From NCBI GenBank assembly GCA_964542665.1, contig CAZIUF010000001.1:21549-85548 (forward strand): 64,000 nucleotides of DNA, given 5' to 3'. Shown one piece after another: positions 24,205-35,076 of the stretch. Every line of letters starts with the position of its first letter. Positions within the stretch are counted from its first letter, which is position 1. This DNA is from an uncultured Gammaproteobacteria bacterium. Lineage in GTDB: Bacteria > Patescibacteriota > Microgenomatia > UBA1406 > GWC2-37-13. The position numbers and the translations under genes are program-made. The notes beneath the pieces were generated by a model. The model made no database searches. It worked only from the letters and a program-made list of their open reading frames with translations, and was not told the origin of the DNA.

Positions 24205-25905
24205 TTAATTAACTATTTTATTAATTTCGTTGAGTTGTCCGTCAATCAGCTCATATACTTTGTCGCAGTGAGCTAAAGCTTGAGGACGATGCGCGATGAT
24301 AATCATCGTGAGATCTGGATAGGCGCGCTCAAGATCGTCGACTAGCTTTGCCTCGGTTGCGAGATCTAGTGATGATGTTGCCTCATCAAGGATGAGGATC
24401 TCGGGTGACTTGCACAATGCACGCGCCAGCGCCACGCGCTGGCGCTCTCCTCCTGAGAGTCGATATCCCTTTTCGCCAATCATCGTATCGAGACCTTGAG
24501 GAAGTTTTTTTAATACTTTTTCTAGTTGAGCAGTCAAAATCGCACGGTTAAAAATCCCATCATCTACCTCTCTCAAGAGAGAAATATTATCACGAAGAGT
24601 CATGGCAAATAGTTCACACTCTTGTTGCACGATCGCAATCTTTTCGAGCAGAGCTGTTTGATCTATGTCATATAGATTGGTTGTGCCAATTGTGATCTTG
24701 CCCTTTGTTGTCCTAATTAAACCAATGAGAAGCTTGATCAATGTCGACTTTCCTCGTCCTGTCTCTCCACGGATGCCAATCTGTGAATGTCGAGGCACTT
24801 TCAAATTGAGTTGGTTGAATATTGATCTGTCACGACCATACCCAAAGGTGACCTGTTTATATTCTATCTTGTCCCATTTGATTGGAAATGGTTTTTTTCC
24901 AGTCCATCCACTGAGCACTGGACGGAATATCGGCATCATCCTCCCGATACCCTCACGTGCCTCAAGCAACTCATCGTATGACTCTACAAACTCGACAAAG
25001 TTGCCCGTGATCCGCATTACATACCCACTGACAATAGCTATCGCACCGAGTGTCATTGTCTGATTTTGAAATGACCACACCGCTAAAATCAACACAGTGG
25101 CATATGCCAAAGCGTCGATGATACGGAATATCTGCCACATGCGCGTAACGATTTTGCGCCCTTCCATCTCCAGTTCTTTTTGTTTATTTGCATCGACAGA
25201 AACACGTACACTAAAAGCTTGTGTGGCACCTTGTGCTTTGATGGTAGATGCATTGGAAATGCCTTCCACAAAGGCCGAAGATGAACCTTCACTTTTCACA
25301 TATGCCGCCTTAATTGTGATCAATCGCAATCTTGTAAAATGATCTGTCACTCCTATCACGATACTTATATATACGATGATGATGCAGAAAAAATACCACG
25401 GAGCAATCAGCGTAAACGTGATAAGTGTGGCCAATAGAGTGGCGGTGGTCGTCAGAAAAACTTGATCATAAATTTTCCATACCACCTTGAACTGTTCTAG
25501 TCCATTTTGGAGTCGTTGCACTTGTTCTCCTACAGTCATACTCGTGTCTTTTGTCACCATGCGTTCGATGAGATGATCAAAGCCAGTGGTTTTAAGTTTA
25601 TATATGATGTGAGAACGCATGTCCCCGAACCAACGCTTTAGCCCGAGCCTGCCAAAGGATACACACACCATGACGAGGGCCATCACAGCAGCAAGCTGGA
25701 AAACGGTTGGGTATGAAATAGATGGCTTACCAAGCTCATCGATGATCCGACCCGTGATAAATGTAGGAAATAAGAAGAAAAAATAGAGACAGAAAAGAGC
25801 TAAACTGACTGTAATATGGCGTCTTCTGTTATTTCCGATCAGGTTATAAAAGGATTTGATTAGATCAATCCAACTGAATTCTTTTGGTTGATATTTCTTT
25901 GACAT
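24205..25905 (-). CDS. ABC transporter, fused permease/ATPase (exporter type)
   Basis: Six-TM N-terminal half, GETGRGKST Walker A, LSGGERQRVALARAL, ILILDEATSSLD. ATG at 25905. Confidence 0.9.
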   Translation of the reverse strand: MSKKYQPKEFSWIDLIKSFYNLIGNNRRRHITVSLALFCLYFFFLFPTFITGRIIDELGKPSISYPTVFQLAAVMALVMVCVSFGRLGLKRWFGDMRSHIIYKLKTTGFDHLIERMVTKDTSMTVGEQVQRLQNGLEQFKVVWKIYDQVFLTTTATLLATLITFTLIAPWYFFCIIIVYISIVIGVTDHFTRLRLITIKAAYVKSEGSSSAFVEGISNASTIKAQGATQAFSVRVSVDANKQKELEMEGRKIVTRMWQIFRIIDALAYATVLILAVWSFQNQTMTLGAIAIVSGYVMRITGNFVEFVESYDELLEAREGIGRMMPIFRPVLSGWTGKKPFPIKWDKIEYKQVTFGYGRDRSIFNQLNLKVPRHSQIGIRGETGRGKSTLIKLLIGLIRTTKGKITIGTTNLYDIDQTALLEKIAIVQQECELFAMTLRDNISLLREVDDGIFNRAILTAQLEKVLKKLPQGLDTMIGEKGYRLSGGERQRVALARALCKSPEILILDEATSSLDLATEAKLVDDLERAYPDLTMIIIAHRPQALAHCDKVYELIDGQLNEINKIVN

Positions 25906-25981
25906 GGATGTATTTGAGCTCAAAATCAGAGCTACTTCTAGATAAGATCTTGAGCAAAACTCAACTTACATTGTACAATGT

Positions 25982-26410
25982 ATGCATATGAATATAGGCC
26001 TCATCCTCTATACCCTCTTTATGACTGGCGTGACTCTATTTGTCATCAAAGTCACACGTAAAGACAGTGTTAACATCACTCGTATCCTCAGTGATCGTGG
26101 CGAGACAGAATCTGTCGCCAAATCAAAAGGTGCCGAAAACACGACGGTTGACTTCCGTGATATGGGTCGCTCAAATGTCTACACCTACATGGTTGAGGGC
26201 AAGTCATATACCTATGAAACCAAACTCACTTTGCCTTTCACTTTTGGGAAAGAAAAAGTGAAGATCTTTTATGAAAAGTCACACCCAGAAAATGCTGTAG
26301 CTGATAGTTGGGTTGAGATGTGCGGCGTGTCAACTTTTGTAACCATTTGGACAATAGCTGCGATCATCTCAACTATCGCCATCTGGATATTCGTGTCACC
26401 AAAAGGTTAA
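25982..26410 (+). CDS. DUF3592-like membrane protein
   Basis: TM helix, then a beta-rich soluble segment, then a TM helix. TACAAT lies 3-9 nt upstream of the two candidate ATGs. Confidence 0.5.
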   Translation: MHMNIGLILYTLFMTGVTLFVIKVTRKDSVNITRILSDRGETESVAKSKGAENTTVDFRDMGRSNVYTYMVEGKSYTYETKLTLPFTFGKEKVKIFYEKSHPENAVADSWVEMCGVSTFVTIWTIAAIISTIAIWIFVSPKG

Positions 26411-26440
26411 TAAAAGATAAACAGTCACCGGTCAGATACT

Positions 26441-26917
26441 ATGCCTCATATCCATAAAGAGATTGACTACACCGTTGATGTGTATATCGTCTGCAAAAAG
26501 AAAGTTCTTCTTCGACTTCATGAGAAGTATCATCTTTGGCTTGTCCCCGGTGGTCATATTGAACTCAACGAAACTCCCGAGGAGGCTGCGTTGCGCGAAG
26601 CAAAAGAAGAGACTGGACTCGATATCAGTTTATATGTCCCATCCTCGTTTGTGAATATTCCAAATGATAATGGTCATGAGTTGATTCAACCACAGTTTTT
26701 GAACATTCACGATATCCCTGGACTTCCCCATCGTCACCAGCATATGAGCTTCGTGTATTTTGCAACAAGTACCAATGATGCTATCAAACCTACCTATGAG
26801 TATGATCGATCAGATGATTATCTTTGGCTGACTGCGGAAGAAGTAAAAAATAAAAAAGATATTAAAGAGCAAACGAGGCACTATGCTCTCTCTGCACTCG
26901 CAGCTTTGTCAAAATAA
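26441..26917 (+). CDS. Nudix hydrolase
   Basis: Nudix box GGHIELNETPEEAALREAKEETGLD. Confidence 0.85.
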   Translation: MPHIHKEIDYTVDVYIVCKKKVLLRLHEKYHLWLVPGGHIELNETPEEAALREAKEETGLDISLYVPSSFVNIPNDNGHELIQPQFLNIHDIPGLPHRHQHMSFVYFATSTNDAIKPTYEYDRSDDYLWLTAEEVKNKKDIKEQTRHYALSALAALSK

Positions 26918-29900
26918 TCCCTCTTCAAACTCTTTGTTTTGCAGTGACATCCAAAATGGATACCAGTCGCTATCTGGTGCACATGGTCGGTCCCAGAATG
27001 CCAGTGAGAGTATCTCTGCGGTGACTCTTGAAATGGTTTTTTCGAGTTCTTCTACTTCTTCATTTGGTATCTCGAAGATCTCTTGATGCAATTTACCTTT
27101 GTCATCAGCCTGGACAAAGTCAATCATCCCAGACTCCATCTTGAGATCGGGATGCTGCAGCTTAAGCAGTAGTTTATAAAAGACCAGCTGTCGATAATAT
27201 CCTCCGTCGCCATCTTTGGTATCTCCCACGATATCATTGCGTGATCGAGCCTTCCCCGTTTTCCAATCCCTCACTTGCAAACGTTTGCCGGTAACATCTA
27301 AGTATTCTATGAGGTCAAGCTCTCCGTTGAGTGGAATTTCTTTAAGCTCGGCGCTTGCAGCTTGCAGCTGGACTTTGATCCTTTGTTTTACTCTCACATT
27401 TCGTGGCATTGTGTCCTCATACGCGAGGTAATAGGTACGCAGATGTTCACGACCACGCTCGAGCGCTCGCACCAACTCTTCAGCCGAAAAATGTTCTTTT
27501 TTTGCTGACATTTCAAATGCATTCAGCAAATAGTCCAATGACTTTTCTCCACTCTCTTTGTAATGTGAGAAGAAATATGACAGTGCATTGTGGATCGCAT
27601 TTCCGTACATGAGCGTCTCACTTTTACCTTGTGGTATGCGCACAAGATTCACATAAAAATATTTCCATGGATCTTCCAGGTAGTTATTGAGTGCGCTAAC
27701 TGATAGCCCATATCGATAAAATGATCCGTGAACAAAGTCGAGAAAACGAGTACGAGAAGGAACCAACGAATAACTGCGAGCTTCAAGCTGCGAGCTATCT
27801 GCGCTAACAGCTGTAACAGCCTGTAGCTTTTTTAGCTTCTCATCAATATCAGCGATATATGCAGCCGGGAGGATCTTCTCTCCCGCACTGTCGTGTTGCG
27901 AATACAGTATGGTGAGATGTTTGCGGGCACGAGTAAGTGCGACAAAAAATAGTCTTCGAGATTCCGCATCATCTGCATCATCCTCTTCTTGCAACTTGTT
28001 GCTCGCATCTTGCTGCTGTATATAGATACTCTCTGGCAACTTAAAAAGCCCCGCTCTGCCCTTGCCACTCCATACTTTTTCCTGTGCATAAGGGATATAG
28101 ACATGATCAAACTCAAGTCCTTTTGATCCATGTGTGGTCATGACTTGCACCTTACCGGTGGGTATTGTGTACAACTCAACCGGAATACGTACCCCATGTT
28201 CCTCTACTTTGGAATAGTATGCAAAAAAGTCAGCAAGCTTCCATCGTCCATCACGATCAAGCGAGGTCAGAGTGTCGTAAAGTAGTCGAAGAGGCGCTAC
28301 TGACTCAATGGGGTTGTCTGATTTTGCTAGATATTTCAACAAACCCGACTCGTCAGTCACCGTATGTATGAGGGAGTGAACATCTGTATTATGCGCTTGC
28401 ATCGACCAAGTACCAAGTTTATGAAAGAAATCATATATTGCTATAGCTTTCTCCGCACCTATCTTTACTAGCTCAGATTTGTTTGACAGCAAATCAGCAA
28501 GTGATCCCCGTGATTGGCGAGCAGTCTGGGTGATCTGATATACCAAAAGTGGATCAAAACCCAAGAAATCGAGAGTGAGTACATGGAACAGTTTTACTTC
28601 ATCACCAAAGTCGTGAACACTACGAAGCAATCGGAGTAATCTATCAATTGTTGGTGTCTCAAAAATATTTTGTGATTTGCTCGCATAGGTCGCGATCCCT
28701 TGAGATTGGAGATAGTCACTGACGATCTTTACATGTTTATTTGTTCGCAACAATATCGCTATTTCATGTGCAGGTGTACCCTGACTGATATCTGTCTCGA
28801 TCGATTTCCAGAGCTGTACCAACATCGATTGTTCATCTACTGTTTCGATGATAGAGATTGGTTTATCAGTATGTCCGGCTTTGGCAGTGAGTTTCTGATC
28901 TTGAGCAGTTGGAATCATGGTAATCGCGCTATCAAGTATCGTCTGAGTCGAGCGATAGTTATCAGTCAAGGTGATGATGGTAGCGTTAGGATACAGTGTG
29001 GTGAATCCTCTAAAGTTGGCAATCGATGCGCCTTGGAATCTATAGATGGCTTGCTTTTCATCACCAACGACGAAGATATTAGGCGATTCATGAAAGCTCA
29101 TCAGCTTTTCTAGAATTTTGTTTTGGGCGTTGTTTGAGTCTTGGTGTTCATCAACGAGCACATACTGATAGCGCTCCATGAGGCGTAGGGCAAAGTCATC
29201 ATTAGTAGTTAATTTTTGTAACACTTGCATGATCAAGTCATCGTAATCATAAATATCATTCTTTTTCATATCTTCTTGATAGAGTGAATAGACTTGAGCA
29301 AGCTCTCGATTTTTCGCGATTTGCTTTTGCCAATCTTGAAAAACTCCTTTGAGACTTCCCTTTTTTCGCGGGCTTTCTTTATCAGGAGTAGCATCAAATC
29401 GCAATTGTTCATCATCAACGATCTTCGTAAACTCGTCTGGTCGCACGCCCTCGCGCTTGAGATCTGAAATCGCTCGGATCATCGCGCTGACATAAAAGTA
29501 CGGCTTGCCATAGGGGCGGATCAGTGCAAACTTTTCCCTATCGATGATTTTTTCAACGATCTCTATCTGCTCGACTTGATCAGCGAGTCGGGCGCCGAGG
29601 ATATCCCAAAAATCATCAGGGTGATCGTTGATCACGTGCTGACAAAATGCATGAAAGGTATAGATGCTCGTCCCGTATGCCTGGGGACCGATGATCGACG
29701 CGAGGCGTTCCTTCATGTTCGTTGCAGCAGCGTTGGTATAGGTGATAGCAAGTATATTGGCCGGAGTGATCTGAGTATGCTTGAGAATGTTTGCGATGCG
29801 CAAGGTGAGGATCTGAGTCTTACCCGTCCCTGGTCCTGCGATCACCATGACAGGCCCCTCAATCGCATCGACTGCTTGTTTTTGAGCTCGATTGAGCTTT

Positions 29901-29932
29901 TTATACTGGGCATCAAAGTCTAGGTGAGACAT
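26909..29932 (-). CDS. UvrD/PcrA-type helicase with a C-terminal PD-(D/E)XK nuclease domain
   Basis: AGPGTGKTQ Walker A, VDEHQDSN, and TTHGSKGLEFDHV. The C-terminal GELDLIEY...VRDWKTGK is a RecB-like nuclease motif. Confidence 0.85.
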   Translation of the reverse strand: MSHLDFDAQYKKLNRAQKQAVDAIEGPVMVIAGPGTGKTQILTLRIANILKHTQITPANILAITYTNAAATNMKERLASIIGPQAYGTSIYTFHAFCQHVINDHPDDFWDILGARLADQVEQIEIVEKIIDREKFALIRPYGKPYFYVSAMIRAISDLKREGVRPDEFTKIVDDEQLRFDATPDKESPRKKGSLKGVFQDWQKQIAKNRELAQVYSLYQEDMKKNDIYDYDDLIMQVLQKLTTNDDFALRLMERYQYVLVDEHQDSNNAQNKILEKLMSFHESPNIFVVGDEKQAIYRFQGASIANFRGFTTLYPNATIITLTDNYRSTQTILDSAITMIPTAQDQKLTAKAGHTDKPISIIETVDEQSMLVQLWKSIETDISQGTPAHEIAILLRTNKHVKIVSDYLQSQGIATYASKSQNIFETPTIDRLLRLLRSVHDFGDEVKLFHVLTLDFLGFDPLLVYQITQTARQSRGSLADLLSNKSELVKIGAEKAIAIYDFFHKLGTWSMQAHNTDVHSLIHTVTDESGLLKYLAKSDNPIESVAPLRLLYDTLTSLDRDGRWKLADFFAYYSKVEEHGVRIPVELYTIPTGKVQVMTTHGSKGLEFDHVYIPYAQEKVWSGKGRAGLFKLPESIYIQQQDASNKLQEEDDADDAESRRLFFVALTRARKHLTILYSQHDSAGEKILPAAYIADIDEKLKKLQAVTAVSADSSQLEARSYSLVPSRTRFLDFVHGSFYRYGLSVSALNNYLEDPWKYFYVNLVRIPQGKSETLMYGNAIHNALSYFFSHYKESGEKSLDYLLNAFEMSAKKEHFSAEELVRALERGREHLRTYYLAYEDTMPRNVRVKQRIKVQLQAASAELKEIPLNGELDLIEYLDVTGKRLQVRDWKTGKARSRNDIVGDTKDGDGGYYRQLVFYKLLLKLQHPDLKMESGMIDFVQADDKGKLHQEIFEIPNEEVEELEKTISRVTAEILSLAFWDRPCAPDSDWYPFWMSLQNKEFEEGLF

Positions 29933-29967
29933 GAAGCAGATTGTAGCAGGAATTCATCGTCTAGCTG

Positions 29968-30726
29968 CTATTCAAAGAAGTCATGTGACACCGGTTGTGA
30001 GTTTGGAGCACTTGAATACATTCGTGTTGCCCGACTCGATCGGAGAGCCTCAATTACATCGCCTGCTCCGTTTATTGCGCTTATAGCATCTCTAAATATC
30101 ATTTTTTCGTCATTAGGAATATCTTTACCTGTCAATGAATCTACTACGCTATTCCAAGAAACGCCGTCACTAAATATTTTTCTTGCTGCATAATCAACTC
30201 CATCAACATCTCCAGCTTGTTCAAGTGTTACTTTTCTCCCTTTACCCAACACATCTTGATTACGAGGCTCCCCCAAATATGAGCTTTTCCATCCTTCTCC
30301 GTTCTCGCCGATCTCGACCACCACACTGTTAATCTTGCTTGGGTCTGGAACATCAAAAACGTACACATCTGGCCGAGGAGGCGGTTGATTTAGCTGCTCA
30401 TATGCATTGACCCGCTGTGCGGTTGGAATGCTTGCTACATATACTCTTCGTTTCTCAACTGGTGGTTTCCCCATATTATCACCCCCAACTGGGATATAAT
30501 CTGGTTCACCGGTGAGCACTCGAACCATGTATGAGCCTTGATAAATCTGTGCTATTTGCGCTGTTATAACTCGATTTACCCCCCATCGCGCTTCAGATTT
30601 ATCTTCGGCTTTTTCAACACCAACTCCTTTGGGAATTGCCCAAACCACCGGAGCTCTGTCTTTAACTTTTTCTTTCTTCGCCAATTGGTTTTTATTTGGG
30701 AGAGTAGCACCTGGGATTTCACTCAT
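29968..30726 (-). CDS. hypothetical protein (soluble orphan, starts MSE)
   Basis: ATG at 30726 preceded by GGAGAAAT; the track start at 30762 is TTG. No motif recognised. Confidence 0.55.
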   Translation of the reverse strand: MSEIPGATLPNKNQLAKKEKVKDRAPVVWAIPKGVGVEKAEDKSEARWGVNRVITAQIAQIYQGSYMVRVLTGEPDYIPVGGDNMGKPPVEKRRVYVASIPTAQRVNAYEQLNQPPPRPDVYVFDVPDPSKINSVVVEIGENGEGWKSSYLGEPRNQDVLGKGRKVTLEQAGDVDGVDYAARKIFSDGVSWNSVVDSLTGKDIPNDEKMIFRDAISAINGAGDVIEALRSSRATRMYSSAPNSQPVSHDFFE

Positions 30727-30786
30727 ATTTCTCCATAGTACTCTCTCTCTGACTAAAGTCAATAGTTGCTATACTACCTCTCACGT

Positions 30787-31389
30787 ATGTCCTCTCACTA
30801 CACCCGCCAGATCATGATTGCACAAGTCGACAAGGATGACCAGATCATCGGTCCTGTCGAACGATGGAAAGCACACACAGAGAATATCCTCCATCGAGCT
30901 ATATCTGTCGTGATCTACTACAAAGATCATGTCTATGTCCAACATCGCAAACATCCTCTTTTTGATGGCTGGTTTGACGTCACAATCGCCTCACACCAGG
31001 TATGGGATCCCGTGACTGGTCTCCAGGATGATATATCTGCAGTGTATGACAATCTAAAACGTGAGTGGGGTGTCGCTCCCAGTGATCTACTCAAAAAGCC
31101 AAAGTACATGGGAAAGATTTACTATCATGCGGAAGATTTAGAGAACAATTCGCGCGGCTATCTCAATCCTCAGACAGCACAGAAACTATTTGCCGAGGGC
31201 AAACACTTTCATGAACAAGAATTTGACTATTTTTATCGGGTGGATCTCAAAAAACCCATGCCACCGGCATTTGACTACTGCTACGGTTACTCTCTTGTGC
31301 CACTTGTAGATATCAAGTCCGGAAGAAATGGCGTTGCGCGGCACCTGACACCATGGATAGCCCAAGCAATCAAAGATCAGGTCCTATGA
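30787..31389 (+). CDS. isopentenyl-diphosphate isomerase-like protein with a degenerate Nudix fold
   Basis: ILHRAISVVIYYKDHVYVQHRKHPLFDGWFDVTIASH parallels the Idi type 1 block (LHRAFS...QRR..K...PG.W.N.CCSH). The Nudix box is poorly conserved. Confidence 0.45.
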   Translation: MSSHYTRQIMIAQVDKDDQIIGPVERWKAHTENILHRAISVVIYYKDHVYVQHRKHPLFDGWFDVTIASHQVWDPVTGLQDDISAVYDNLKREWGVAPSDLLKKPKYMGKIYYHAEDLENNSRGYLNPQTAQKLFAEGKHFHEQEFDYFYRVDLKKPMPPAFDYCYGYSLVPLVDIKSGRNGVARHLTPWIAQAIKDQVL

Positions 31390-31837
31390 TGCCACCCGCA
31401 TATTGGAAGTGATAGACCTGTTTTCCTGCTTTTTTTACGATTTCGACTCCACTCATCTTTTCGATTGAGCCTGTTCCCTCACAGATATACTCGTAGTCCT
31501 CAATTTTATGTTCCACACGTAGCCAAAGACGAGCGGTATCTTTTTTCTCGATCAAAGCAACTCGAAGGATGCGATCTATCTCTTCCTCGGTCATTTGAGT
31601 AAAATCACCAAAGTAGGACATTGACCATACTGGTTTACCTGCTGTGTAAATAGCTTCCAGTCCAGTGAATAGTCCCTTTCCGACATAGTACACATCGCGA
31701 TAGAGCCAGTCTCCTTCGGCATACTCCAGTTGCTTCGAACCTGCCAAGGCTGCAGTCACCATACCTCCGCTCCCGGCATAGGTCTTGGTCCGGGCTGCGA
31801 GGAGAAAATCTGTGAGCGACTTATTGTCTAGCAACAT
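31370..31837 (-). CDS. DUF5680-like protein
   Basis: FLLAARTKTYAGSGG...YRDVYYVGKGLFTGLEAIY..GKPVWSMSYFG matches my recollection of the DUF5680 pattern. Confidence 0.5.
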   Translation of the reverse strand: MLLDNKSLTDFLLAARTKTYAGSGGMVTAALAGSKQLEYAEGDWLYRDVYYVGKGLFTGLEAIYTAGKPVWSMSYFGDFTQMTEEEIDRILRVALIEKKDTARLWLRVEHKIEDYEYICEGTGSIEKMSGVEIVKKAGKQVYHFQYAGGIIGPDL

Positions 31838-31887
31838 ACCCTATCGTACCACAACCCAAATCGCGAGAATATTGATATATTGAGTGA

Positions 31888-33120
31888 ATGGTTCTCAAAA
31901 AGTTGTCCAAGCCCATACTCATCAAGATTGCTTTACTCACCACCATCGGATCGCTCGTTGTTGCTGGGGGCTACTTTGCATGGACGAAACATGCTTCACA
32001 AGTCGATACACTTACATCACAACTCGACCGAGTCAGTAAAGAGAAGAAAAGTAAGGAAATATTCCTGATGAGTGCGATCGCCTCCACAGAGGCACAACTT
32101 TCAAGTGTGTCTGCAGCATTTGAAGATCTGCGCAATGATGATCAGGTACTGATCAATACATCACTAACAGAAGAGATCGCAAATATTCGCAGTACATATA
32201 CAGAAACTGTAAAAGAATATGAGTTGCTACTCGATGTGAAGTCAGTTTCAAAAAATACTGGCGAGCTCGATAAACTCTTTGCTCAGACATTGAGCCTGCT
32301 TGCCAATCGTGAGTACACGACTGCTTCTGCAGTGCTCAAGGACCTACGAGGTAAAATAGCGACTGAGAAACAAAAGTATATAGCGGTGCAAGTAGTCCCT
32401 GAGTCCCTCCCAGTATCAACGAGTGCGCCGGCAAATGGATATCAACGCGTCCGCGTAGCAGCAAATGGAACTTTCTATCAAGTTGATATCGTGGCTGGCG
32501 ATATGGGAAGCACCAAAGTCATCGTCGATACGGGCAATGATGGCGATTGCGGTGATAACTGCACTGTCCTCTCGCTTGGAGATTACGTCGGGAGAAACGG
32601 AGCATATGCGGGGATTAACGGTGGATACTTTTGTCCTGCGAGTTATCCAAGTTGTGCAGGTAAGACGAATACCTTTGATACTCTCGTGATGAATAAAAAC
32701 AAGACTCTAATCAATGTGGCAAACAATGTGTACAGCACAGTCCCGGGTGTTGCGTTTTATTCTGGATCAATGTCATTTTATGGTCAGACCCTGCAATGGG
32801 GCAAAGATCAGGGAGCTGATAGCTATATCGCAAATCGTCCACTTCTCCTCTCGGGTGGAACCATACTTGGCAATGCTGATGATGCTAAACAAACGAGTAT
32901 CGGCCCACGAAGCTTCATAGGAAACAAGGGAAGCACCGCATATATAGGTATCGTTTACAACGCCAATGTCTATCAAGCCGCGCAAGTGTTGAGCGCGCTT
33001 GGACTCGATAATGCACTCAACCTAGATAGTGGTGGAAGTACTGCACTTTGGGCTGCAGGAGGCTACAAAGCAGGCCCAGGTCGCGCGATACCAAATGCGG
33101 TCTTATTTGTGAATAAATAA
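31888..33120 (+). CDS. phosphodiester glycosidase (NAGPA/DUF2233) family protein with an N-terminal anchor and coiled coil
   Basis: INGGYFCP, RSFIGNKG and ALNLDSGGSTALW motifs. Confidence 0.7.
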   Translation: MVLKKLSKPILIKIALLTTIGSLVVAGGYFAWTKHASQVDTLTSQLDRVSKEKKSKEIFLMSAIASTEAQLSSVSAAFEDLRNDDQVLINTSLTEEIANIRSTYTETVKEYELLLDVKSVSKNTGELDKLFAQTLSLLANREYTTASAVLKDLRGKIATEKQKYIAVQVVPESLPVSTSAPANGYQRVRVAANGTFYQVDIVAGDMGSTKVIVDTGNDGDCGDNCTVLSLGDYVGRNGAYAGINGGYFCPASYPSCAGKTNTFDTLVMNKNKTLINVANNVYSTVPGVAFYSGSMSFYGQTLQWGKDQGADSYIANRPLLLSGGTILGNADDAKQTSIGPRSFIGNKGSTAYIGIVYNANVYQAAQVLSALGLDNALNLDSGGSTALWAAGGYKAGPGRAIPNAVLFVNK

Positions 33121-33131
33121 GTCTATACCGT

Positions 33132-34976
33132 TTAGTTTTCAAGTGTTGAAACATCCCCTACTGGTTGCCCGAGTGACTGCGCTTTGAGGATACGACGCAT
33201 GATTTTTCCCGATCTTGTCTTTGGAAGTTGGGAAACAAACGATATCTCGTGGGGAGTCGCAAATGTCCCTATGTGTATACGGATATGTTGGATGATGTCG
33301 TCTCGGAGTTGATCTGATGGCGTGTGGGTATTTTTTAGGATGATATAGAGCTTGATCGCCTCACCCGTCAGGTCATGAGGGATACCTATAGCTGCTGCTT
33401 CAGCAACTGAGGCGTGCGCAACACATGCACTTTCAAGTTCAGCAGATCCAAAGCGGTGGCCAGACACATTCATCACATCATCGTTTCGCCCAATGATCCA
33501 AAAGTATCCATCTTTGTCTTTGATCGCTGAATCACCAGTGACATATACCCCAGGTATTTTGCTCCAATAGGCTTTTCTATAACGATCTGAGTTTTGGTAA
33601 ATATCGAGCAGCATCGCTGGCCATGGAGTCTGGATTACCAGATTGCCTTGTGTGTCAACGGGCACAGACACTCCCTCATCATCTACTATTTCAGCAGAGA
33701 TACCAGGAATTGGTTTGCCTGCACTGCCAGGTTTTTGCAGATCTGATGCAAGCGAACTGATCATATGCATACCTGTCTCTGTCTGCCACCACGTATCTAC
33801 AATCGGGCAGCCCTTCCCTACATTTTGGTGGTACCACTCCCACGCGGCGGGATTGAGGGGCTCGCCGACGCTACCCAAAAGTCGTAGAGATGAGAGATCA
33901 TATTTCTGTGGCCACGAATCACCATGTTTCATCAGTGCGCGGATAGCAGTTGGTGCTGTATACAAAATAGTGACTTTATGCTTTTCGATGAGTGACCACC
34001 ATTTCCCAGGGTCAGGGTAATCGGGTGGTCCTTCATATACAAATACCGTAGTGCCATTTATCAAAGGCCCATACACGATATAGCTATGGCCTGTGATCCA
34101 TCCTGCATCTGCAGTACAGAAATAGATGTCATCAGGTTTAAAACTAAATACCATCTTGCTTGTGTAATACACCCCCACCATATATCCACCATGTCCATGT
34201 ACTACTCCTTTTGGCGTGCCAGTACTACCTGATGTGTACAGGATAAAAAGAGGGTCATTTGCGTCCATGATCTCAGTCTTACACTCACTGCTTTGCTTAT
34301 CGACGATTTCATCCCACCATATATCCCTGTCTTTTTGCATAGATATATCCTCACGACCATGTCGCACCACCAAACACTTTTTCACTGTGGGTGTATTGGT
34401 CATCGCTTGATCAGCATGATGTTTAGCAGGAATATATTTATCTCGATACAAGTATCCATCACAGGTGATGAGAACAGATGCCTGTGCATCCTGGACTCTA
34501 TCGCGGAGCGCCCCAGCAGAAAATCCCGAGAATACGACCGAGTGCACCAGGCCAATCTTCGCACACGCAAGCATAGCGATATATTGCTCAGGTATCCGAG
34601 GTAGATAAATGCTGACAGTGTCACCTTTTTTCAAACCCAGACTTTTGAGGGCATTTGCACAACGACATACCACATCAGACAATTGTTGGTACGAGTAACG
34701 CCTCACTGTCCCATATTGACCTTCCCAGATGAGCGCAATGGAGTTGGCTTTTTCGGTCAGAAGATGACGATCGAGAGCATTGGCGACGATATTGCACTGG
34801 CCTCCAACAAACCATCGCGCATATGGATAGTGCCAATCGACTACCTTGTGCCATGGTGTGTGCCAATCCAGCTCTTTGGCAACATTCTCCCACAATTTCT
34901 CAGTCTGACTGCTGATATCACTCGATTTGGTGAGGTCCGCGTCATTAGTCTCAAGGTTGTTTTTAACACTCGGCAT
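33132..34976 (-). CDS. acs: acetyl-CoA synthetase
   Basis: ILYTSGSTGTPKGV, WWQTETG, YVTGDSA and PKTRSGKIMRR. ATG at 34976. Confidence 0.9.
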   Translation of the reverse strand: MPSVKNNLETNDADLTKSSDISSQTEKLWENVAKELDWHTPWHKVVDWHYPYARWFVGGQCNIVANALDRHLLTEKANSIALIWEGQYGTVRRYSYQQLSDVVCRCANALKSLGLKKGDTVSIYLPRIPEQYIAMLACAKIGLVHSVVFSGFSAGALRDRVQDAQASVLITCDGYLYRDKYIPAKHHADQAMTNTPTVKKCLVVRHGREDISMQKDRDIWWDEIVDKQSSECKTEIMDANDPLFILYTSGSTGTPKGVVHGHGGYMVGVYYTSKMVFSFKPDDIYFCTADAGWITGHSYIVYGPLINGTTVFVYEGPPDYPDPGKWWSLIEKHKVTILYTAPTAIRALMKHGDSWPQKYDLSSLRLLGSVGEPLNPAAWEWYHQNVGKGCPIVDTWWQTETGMHMISSLASDLQKPGSAGKPIPGISAEIVDDEGVSVPVDTQGNLVIQTPWPAMLLDIYQNSDRYRKAYWSKIPGVYVTGDSAIKDKDGYFWIIGRNDDVMNVSGHRFGSAELESACVAHASVAEAAAIGIPHDLTGEAIKLYIILKNTHTPSDQLRDDIIQHIRIHIGTFATPHEISFVSQLPKTRSGKIMRRILKAQSLGQPVGDVSTLEN

Positions 34977-35076
34977 GGATCTATTATCTGAGATAGAAGC
35001 TAAATGTGCAACAAAATGATAATTTTTAAAGTGATTTGCATTTTTCTTTGTACTTCTGGTACAATCCAATCACCTC